Shown piece by piece: positions 57,879 to 64,000 of a DNA stretch of 64,000 nt. Below the pieces are notes generated by a model. It had not been told where the DNA came from, did no database searches, and was given only the letters and a program-made list of their open reading frames with translations. Positions within the stretch are counted from its first letter, which is position 1. The number at the start of each line of letters is the position of its first letter. The translations under genes were made by a program, and so were the position numbers. This DNA is from an uncultured Acidimicrobiaceae bacterium (GTDB taxonomy: Bacteria > Actinomycetota > Acidimicrobiia > Acidimicrobiales > RAAP-2): assembly GCA_963780525.1 (NCBI GenBank), contig CAWACN010000023.1, positions 136 to 64,135 of the forward strand, given 5' to 3'.

Positions 57879-59106
57879 TTGTCAGAGATCATGAAGGGTG
57901 TTCGCATCCTCGAGGTCGCCGAGCACACCTTCGTGCCGGCCGCCTCGGCCATCCTGGCCGACTGGGGCGCCGAGGTCATCAAGGTCGAGCATCCCGAACG
58001 CGGCGACGCCATGCGCGGGCTCGCCTCCAGCGGCGTCATGCCCTCCATGGGAGCCGTGCACGTGCTCCTCGAGCACTCCAACCGCGGCAAGAAGAGCATC
58101 GGCATCGACGTCAGCACGGAGAAAGGCCTCGACCTCATCTACCGGCTGGCCGCCACCTGCGACGTCTTCTTGACCAACAAGGTGCCCGCGGTCAGGAAGA
58201 AGCTGCAGATCGAGCTCGAGGACATCAAGGCCCACAACCCCAACATCATCTACGTGGCCGGCACCGGCGGCGGCGAGCGCGGGCCCGAGGCTGACCGCGG
58301 CGGCTACGACTTCTTGAGTTACTGGTGCCGGGCGGGAAGCGCCATGGGGACGACGCCCACCGACGTCGACTACCTGGCCGGGCAGCCCGGGCCGGGCTAC
58401 GGGGACTCCATCGGCGGCATGACGATCGCCGGCGGCATCATGGGCGCGCTCTTCCACCGTGAGCGCACCGGAGAGGCCCTCCCGCTCGACGTCTCGCTTG
58501 CTCGGCGTGGGCATGTGGGCCATGAGCCCTGCCATTGCGCTGTCGCTCCAGCTCGACATGCCCTGGCGTCCCGGTCCCAGCAAGGGGGGCGGCATCAACC
58601 TCCCGAACCCGCTCGTCGGCACCTACCTGACCCAGGACAACCGGTTCCTGGCCTTTTCGTGTCTGCAGGGGTTTCGCTACTGGCCCAGCGCCTGCCGGGT
58701 CATCGGTCGCGAGGAATTGATCACCGACGAGCGTTTCTCCTCCCACGAGCAGCTGGCCGCCAATGCCGCGGCGGCACGCGCCATCCTCAAGGAGACCTTC
58801 GAGTCGGCGCCCCTGAGCGAGTGGCGCGAGCGCCTCGCCGACTTCGAGGGCCAGTGGGCCGTCGCCCAGGACAGCATTGAGGTCACCAAGGACGTGCAGG
58901 TCGAGGCCAACGGCTACCTCGGCCAGACCGCCACCGCCGATGGCACGCCCTTCACCCTCGTGACGACGCCGGTGCAGTTCTCCGGCGTGCCGTCCGCCCC
59001 CAAGCGGTCACCGGAGTTCAACGAGCACTGCGAGGAGATCCTCGCCGACATCGACTGCAGCGAGGAGGAGATGATCGAGCTCAAGGTGGCCGGGGTGCTC
59101 GCCTAA
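57879..59106 (+). pseudogene. family III CoA-transferase, apparent +1 frameshift at 58497-58500
   Basis: VRILEVAEHTFVPAASAILADWGAEVIKVEHPERGD...GGYD...GEALPLDVSL is in ORF 57879..58880. It continues LGVGMWAMSPAIALS... in ORF 58459..59106. Paralogs read VVDVSLLHVGMWALSP. The junction reads tcg CTTG ctc. The TTG start is preceded by AAGGGGAGGA. Confidence 0.85.
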
Positions 59107-59127
59107 TGACAGGCAAGCCCTGAACGC

Positions 59128-59722
59128 ATGAGCGACCCCCGCACCACCGCTGTGCTCTTCGTCGAGTGCCAGCGCGGGGTCATCGGCGACCTCTCGGTGC
59201 TCCCCGCATTGGCCGAAGCCGCCCAGCCGGCACTCGCCGCCATGGCGCAGCCTCGCCGCCGGTGCCCGCCGTGCCGGCGTGCAGGTCGTGCACCTGACCT
59301 ACCTGCCCCTGGCGGGAGGCCGCTCGGCCAGCCAGCGCTCCCCCCTCATGCGCGCCACCACGTCGACGGCGGCCTGGCGCGACGCCGACGCCGCCCTCGA
59401 CATCGTGCCCGAGCTCGGTCTCGGCCCCGACGACCTGGTCCTGCCGAGGCACCAGGGCATCTCACCGGTGCACCGGACCGAGGTGCTCACGATCCTGCGC
59501 AACATGGGCATGGACGAGGTCGTGGTTGCGGGCGTGTCGACCAATCTGGCCGTCCCCCTCGTCGCGGTCGGCGCCGCCGACGAGGACTTCGGCGTCACGG
59601 TGGCCACCGACGCCACCGTGGGAACACCGGCGGCGCACCACGCGTCGATGCTTCGGCACAGCCTCGCCTTCGTAGCCCGTCTCGCCACCACGGACGAGCT
59701 GCTGGCCGAATGGTCAGCCTGA
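59128..59722 (+). pseudogene. isochorismatase-family hydrolase, apparent +1 frameshift near 59248-59256
   Basis: MSDPRTTAVLFVECQRGVIGDLSVLPALAEAAQPALAAMAQ is in ORF 59128..59811. It continues LAAGARRAGVQVVHLTYLP...EVVVAGVSTNLAVPLVAVGAADEDF in the frame of ORF 59279..59722. Confidence 0.8.
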
Positions 59723-59747
59723 TCCGGGCCTCACGACCCGGCCGGGA

Positions 59748-61217
59748 TCAGCCGGGCCAGGCGATGGCCTTGGTCTCGAGGTACTGCTCCAGGCCCTCGA
59801 TCCCACACTGACGGCCGATCCCACTGTCCTTGTAACCGCCGTAGGGCGAGTCGGCGCCGTACCAGAGGCCGCCGTTGACGCCGATGGAGCCGGTCCGGAT
59901 CCGTCGGGCGATGGCGGTGGCCCGCTCCTCCGACGCCGACACCACGCCACCCGAGAGGCCGTAGTTGCTCTCGTTGGCGATGCGGACGGCGTCGTCGTCG
60001 TCCTCGTAGGGGATCACGACGAGGACAGGCCCGAAGATCTCCTCCTGGGCGATGGTCATGGAGTTGTCGACGTCGACGAACAGTGTCGGCTCCACGAACC
60101 AGCCCTTCGGCTGATCGGCCGGGCGACCGCCCCCGAAGACGAGCTTGGCGCCCTCTTCTTGACCCTTGGCGATGTAGCCGAGCACACGGTCGCGCTGCTT
60201 GGCGCTCACGAGCGGTCCCATGACCACGGCGTCGCTCGAGGGGTCGCCGTAAGGCACCGACGCCATGCCCGCAGTGATCAGCTCGACGCCCTCGTCGTAA
60301 CGGGAGCGGGGCAGCAGCAGTCGCGTCTGCATGGCGCAGCCCTGGCCGCCGTGCACACACACCATGGAGGCCATCGGGACCGCCGACGCGAAGTCGGCGT
60401 CGTCGCAGACGATGAGGGCCGACTTCCCACCAAGTTCCAGGAAGACCCGCTTCAGCGTGGCTGCACCCTTTTCCATGATCCGCTTGCCGGTGACGGTCGA
60501 CCCCGTGAAGGAGATCAGGTCGACCTTGGGCGAAATCGTGAGCTCCTCGCCGACCAGGTGGTCTGACGACGTGACGACGTTCACGACACCGGCCGGGATG
60601 TCCGTCTTCTCGGCAATGAGACGGCCGAGCCGGGTGGCGTTCCAGGGCGTGTCGGGCGCCGGCTTAATGATGGTCGTGTTGCCCGTGGCCAGAATCGGGC
60701 CCAGCTTGTTGAGGGTGACCTCCAGCGGGTAGTTCCACGGCACGATGGAGCCGATGACGCCCATGGGCTCCTTGATGACGCCGCGGCGGCTCTTCATACC
60801 CATCATCTCGGAGTCGGGGAGCGACCGCTCCCATTCGAACTTGTCGATCATGTCGGTCGGCCAACCGAGGGCTTCGTCGATCGGCCAGTCGACCTGCGCC
60901 GCGAAGGTCATCATCCGCGGCGAGCCGACCTCAGCGATGATCTCCTCGCGGTAGGCCTCCCGCTCCGCCTTTAAGGCGGTCTGCAGTTGCTCCAGGCAGC
61001 GCTTGCGGAACGCGTGATTGGTCGACCAGTCGGTCTCGTCGAAGGCGCGCCGGGACGAGTCGATGGCCCGCTGCATGTCCTCGGCCGACGCGTCGGCGAC
61101 CTCGCCCAGCACCTCTTCGGTGGCCGGATTGATGTTCTCGAACCGCTTGCCCGATGCGGCCTCGACGAGTTCGCCGTCAATGAGCATGCGCACTTCGCCA
61201 CCGGTTTGGTCGGCCAT
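59748..61217 (-). CDS. aldehyde dehydrogenase (NAD(P)+)
   Basis: It shows MADQTGGEVRMLIDGELV...IKEPMGVIGSIVPWNYP...LELGGKSALIV...HGGQGCAMQTR...EEIFGPVL. GAGGAAGGGGG precedes the ATG at 61217. Confidence 0.92.
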   Translation of the reverse strand: MADQTGGEVRMLIDGELVEAASGKRFENINPATEEVLGEVADASAEDMQRAIDSSRRAFDETDWSTNHAFRKRCLEQLQTALKAEREAYREEIIAEVGSPRMMTFAAQVDWPIDEALGWPTDMIDKFEWERSLPDSEMMGMKSRRGVIKEPMGVIGSIVPWNYPLEVTLNKLGPILATGNTTIIKPAPDTPWNATRLGRLIAEKTDIPAGVVNVVTSSDHLVGEELTISPKVDLISFTGSTVTGKRIMEKGAATLKRVFLELGGKSALIVCDDADFASAVPMASMVCVHGGQGCAMQTRLLLPRSRYDEGVELITAGMASVPYGDPSSDAVVMGPLVSAKQRDRVLGYIAKGQEEGAKLVFGGGRPADQPKGWFVEPTLFVDVDNSMTIAQEEIFGPVLVVIPYEDDDDAVRIANESNYGLSGGVVSASEERATAIARRIRTGSIGVNGGLWYGADSPYGGYKDSGIGRQCGIEGLEQYLETKAIAWPG

Positions 61218-61330
61218 GATGCGCCCCCTTCCTCTGGAATCCCAGGCGACACTACGAACCGCTGCCTCGTCTGTGCAAGGTGACAGGCCGGGCTGGGCGC
61301 TCTCGTCTGACGTCGAGGCGACCCGGCATT

Positions 61331-61348
61331 TTCTGGAAAGAGCCAGAA
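61331..61348. promoter_or_regulatory. inverted repeat TTCTGG-AAAGAG-CCAGAA
   Basis: It has 6-bp arms around an AAAGAG spacer, in the 223-bp gap between the aldehyde dehydrogenase (61217) and the DGPF-sigma operon (61441). It is flanked by T-runs. Confidence 0.3.
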
Positions 61349-61440
61349 TTTTTCGGAACCGTGTCGATCCGGCGGATCCCCGCTCGACGCTCTGCCAGAG
61401 TGAGGCGAACGACGCCCCAGCAGAGAAAAGGAGCATCACC

Positions 61441-61779
61441 ATGCGATTCCTGGGCTACACGCTGGCCAATGAGGCTGAGATGCCGTCCGAGCCACCGCGG
61501 CCGGAGCTGTACGAGGAAATGGGCGCCTTCGTGGAAGGGGCGGTGAAGGCCGGCGTGATCGTGGCGACCGGCGGGATCGCCCCCACCGCACAAGGCGCCA
61601 AGGTCACCTTGCAAGACGGCGAATTCACCGTGGTGGACGGCCCGTTCACCGAGGCGAAGGAATTGGTCGGCGGTTGGGCCCTGATGGAGTGCCGGGACAT
61701 GGACGAGGCCGTGGAGTGGACCAAGCGCTTCCTCAGCGTGCTCGGCGCCGGCGAATGCCGCGTCCGCCCCGTCATGTAA
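61441..61779 (+). CDS. YciI-related / DGPF-domain protein
   Basis: 112 aa containing VVDGPFTEAKELVGGWALMECRDMDEAVEW. AAAAGGAG lies 7 nt upstream of the ATG. This is the typical partner of the sigma factor that follows. Confidence 0.8.
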   Translation: MRFLGYTLANEAEMPSEPPRPELYEEMGAFVEGAVKAGVIVATGGIAPTAQGAKVTLQDGEFTVVDGPFTEAKELVGGWALMECRDMDEAVEWTKRFLSVLGAGECRVRPVM

Positions 61780-61823
61780 GTCGACCGACCCGGCGAGCAG
61801 GACCGGATGGTTGAATCGGTGGG

Positions 61824-63146
61824 ATGGGGGCCACCGATTCGACCGCCGGCATCGAAGCGGTCTTCCGGCTGGAGTTTCCCCGGGTGGTCGCCACCTTGGC
61901 CGCCTTCGTGGGTGACCTCGGTTTGGCGGAGGACCTGGCCCAGGACGCGTTGGTCGACGCGCTCCGGCAGTGGCCGCGCGACGGCGCCCCGCACAACCCC
62001 GGCGCCTGGCTCACGACGGTGGGCAAACGAAAGGCCGTCGACCTCTTCCGCCGCAACCGCACGCTGGGTGAGAAGTACGGCCAGCTCGGACTTGAGATGG
62101 AGCGCGCGGCGTCCTTCCCAACGGAGGACGAAATCGAACTCGGCCCGGCGTCGGAAGAGGAGATCGCCGACGACCGCCTTCGGCTCATGTTCGTGTCCTG
62201 CCATCCGGTGCTGTCCGTCCCGGCCCGGACTGCGCTCACGCTGCGTCTGATCGGCGGACTGACGGTGCCAGAGATCGCCCGGGCCTACGTGGTGCCGGAG
62301 CCGACGATCGCACAACGCATCGTCCGGGCCAAAAGGACGATCGCCGATGCCGGCGTCGCCTTCGAGGTCCCGCAGGGAGCCGACTTGGCGCCGCGACTGG
62401 CCACCGTGCTCCAGGTCATCTACCTGATCTTCAACGAGGGGTATTCGGCCACGGCCGGGGAGGACTGGCTGCGGCCCGAGCTCTGCGCCGAGGCCCTCCG
62501 CCTGGCCAGGGTGCTCTCCGCGCTCGCCCCGGAGGAGGCGGAGGTCCTGGGCCTCCTCGCGTTGTTGGAGTTCCAGTCGTCCCGTCTGCGCGCTCGCCTC
62601 GGCCCGTCGGGCACCCCTGTGCTGCTCCTGGACCAGGATCGGCGGAGTTGGGACCGCCTGCACATCAACCGGGGCGAGGAGGCCCTGGCCCGCGCCGAGG
62701 CACGCACCGAACCCCGCGGCCCCTACACGCTGCAGGCGGCGATCGCCGCCTGCCACGCCCGTGCCTTCCGACCCGAGGACACCGATTGGGAGCAGGTCGT
62801 GTCGCTCTACGACGAACTCGCCCGCACCGCACCGTCACCGATTGTCGAGCTCAATCGGGCCGTGGCGATCTGCATGGCGTCCGGTCCGGCGATTGCGTTG
62901 CAACTGGTCGATGAGCTGTTCGAGACGGGCACGCTCGAGCGCTACCACCTGCTTTCCAGCGTGCGCGGTGACCTGCTCGACCGGCTCGGGCGATTCGCCG
63001 AGGCCGCGCTCGAGTTCGACCGTGCGGCGGATCTGGCCACCAACGCGCAGGAGCGGACGCTGTCCGAGGAGCGGGCCCGGGCCTGTCGCGCCGCCGAGCA
63101 CTCCACGGCGCCAACCGTCACGACTTCTGACCGGACCGAGACCTGA
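61824..63146 (+). CDS. ECF-type RNA polymerase sigma factor with long C-terminal (TPR-like) extension
   Basis: Region 2 is [18 protein letters not shown]...[18 protein letters not shown]. Region 4 is [34 protein letters not shown]. About 250 further aa ([13 protein letters not shown]...) follow. This architecture plus a DGPF neighbour is what is described for the ECF42-like group. Confidence 0.85.
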   Translation: MGATDSTAGIEAVFRLEFPRVVATLAAFVGDLGLAEDLAQDALVDALRQWPRDGAPHNPGAWLTTVGKRKAVDLFRRNRTLGEKYGQLGLEMERAASFPTEDEIELGPASEEEIADDRLRLMFVSCHPVLSVPARTALTLRLIGGLTVPEIARAYVVPEPTIAQRIVRAKRTIADAGVAFEVPQGADLAPRLATVLQVIYLIFNEGYSATAGEDWLRPELCAEALRLARVLSALAPEEAEVLGLLALLEFQSSRLRARLGPSGTPVLLLDQDRRSWDRLHINRGEEALARAEARTEPRGPYTLQAAIAACHARAFRPEDTDWEQVVSLYDELARTAPSPIVELNRAVAICMASGPAIALQLVDELFETGTLERYHLLSSVRGDLLDRLGRFAEAALEFDRAADLATNAQERTLSEERARACRAAEHSTAPTVTTSDRTET

Positions 63147-64000
63147 ACGGCCGTCGCCCCTGCACCCACCAGGGCCGCAGCTGCAACCGCACCGGAGGCA
63201 AGGTCCCGTAGACCAGTACGGCGCGACCCCGGGGCAGGCAGCGGAGGGCCTCGGGCGGCAGCAACCGGCGCGGCGTCGTGGTCGACGTCGTCGAGCGTTT
63301 GCCCGTCGGATCGCGCGTGATCGAGGGGTGCGATGCCTCTTCGTCGCCGATGAGCCGGCTGGCGTACTCGAGCGTGTCGGGATCGGCGATCCCGGGCAGG
63401 AACAGCTTGGCCCGGTGGTTGTTCAGCACGGTCGGGGCCCGGGCCCCGTAGCGGCCCCGCACCTGCGCCAGGTCCTGCCAGACCGTGACGATCTGGATCC
63501 CGTGCGACGCGCACGTCGCCGCCAGGCCGTCGAGCTCGGGCAGCGGGGCGATATGTGCCGCCTCGTCCAGCACGACGAGGAGGGGTGGGTCCAACGGCCG
63601 CCCCGACTTCGTGGCACTGGCGAACGCATGTGACAACACCGACTGGGTGAGCGCCGTGAAGTACCCGCGCAGCCGGCGCTGGTCATGTGCCGGCGCGCAC
63701 AGGTACAGCGTGTTCGCAGCGCGCAACAGCTGAGCAGGCTCGAAAGGGGCGGCGGCGGCCGGTCCGGGCGGTTGCTGGGCGAAGGGGGCGAGCACCGTCT
63801 CGGCCGTGGTGTAGACGGAGCTGCGCGTGCGGTCGTCACGACACCAGGTCGCCTCCGCCGCGTGCAGGACTTCGGGCGGCGCGGCGCGCTCCAGAATGGC
63901 GGCCACCTCGCCCACCTCCTGCGTGTCGACCCAGCGCACGACGTCGGCCATGGTCCGGCCGTCGAGCGTCGCCGCGACGAAGAGGGGCGCCAGGAGCTTT
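63118..64000 (-). CDS. type IV secretion coupling protein (TraD/TraG/VirD4-like), C-terminal part; gene continues beyond the right edge
   Basis: It contains [47 protein letters not shown]...[11 protein letters not shown]. The frame stays open upstream of the M at 63951 ([16 protein letters not shown]) to position 64000. The 3' end overlaps the sigma gene by 29 nt. Confidence 0.8.
   Translation of the reverse strand, partial: KLLAPLFVAATLDGRTMADVVRWVDTQEVGEVAAILERAAPPEVLHAAEATWCRDDRTRSSVYTTAETVLAPFAQQPPGPAAAAPFEPAQLLRAANTLYLCAPAHDQRRLRGYFTALTQSVLSHAFASATKSGRPLDPPLLVVLDEAAHIAPLPELDGLAATCASHGIQIVTVWQDLAQVRGRYGARAPTVLNNHRAKLFLPGIADPDTLEYASRLIGDEEASHPSITRDPTGKRSTTSTTTPRRLLPPEALRCLPRGRAVLVYGTLPPVRLQLRPWWVQGRRPFRSRSGQKS

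Noticed and set aside
2581-59722. Idea that most +1 lesions share a common rule of an extra C after a G-ending codon (gcg-C-cgg, gcg-C-ttg, ggg-C-tac, ctg-C-ttg, tcg-C-ttg, cag-C-ctc).
   Set aside because: The exact inserted base is ambiguous at most junctions. G-ending codons followed by C are very common in this composition, so the pattern can arise from my choice among equivalent placements. Only the GCTTG coincidence is reported as a finding.
1-64000. Search by eye for tRNA, rRNA, CRISPR repeats, IS elements with terminal inverted repeats, toxin-antitoxin pairs, restriction-modification or other defence systems, and KstR/KstR2-type operators.
   Set aside because: No convincing candidate was seen. 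The only mobile-type genes are the DUF222-HNH and the coupling-protein fragment. Visual scanning can miss short RNAs, so covariance-model scans would be needed to be certain.

Overview
G+C-rich, actinobacterial-type chromosomal segment. Third codon positions are overwhelmingly G/C, many genes have GTG/TTG starts, and start/stop overlaps of 4 nt are common. It is densely coding: I support 55 protein genes and see no rRNA, tRNA or CRISPR array. The content is dominated by paralogous CoA-thioester and lipid catabolism families. These are 5 family-III CoA-transferase genes (one a tandem double-domain fusion), 4 acyl-CoA dehydrogenase genes (one a two-domain fusion, one adjacent alpha/beta-type pair), 4 crotonases, 3 aldehyde dehydrogenases, 3 luciferase-like (LLM) oxidoreductases, 2 P450s, 2 acyl-CoA synthetases, 2 SDRs, a thiolase, TesB, a MaoC-type double hot-dog hydratase and an Amidohydro_2 enzyme. 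There is also an ABC-2 exporter, an APC permease, 2 TetR regulators and 2 unusual tandem-duplicated GntR/FCD regulators. Mobile or accessory signals are a DUF222-HNH (13E12-like) gene at 12.4-13.6 kb, and an ECF sigma/DGPF pair abutting a type IV coupling protein fragment at the right edge. Four observations stand out. (1) A 16-bp box AAAGAG-N4-CTCTTT (best form AAAGAGGATACTCTTT) recurs in at least nine promoter gaps. (2) Eleven of the 55 genes need a single frameshift to read through, and three of the +1 junctions fall on the same pentamer GCTTG. (3) Two paralogous double GntR regulators are present. (4) Oligomeric partners are repeatedly fused into single chains. All family calls come from motif recognition by eye; no searches were run.
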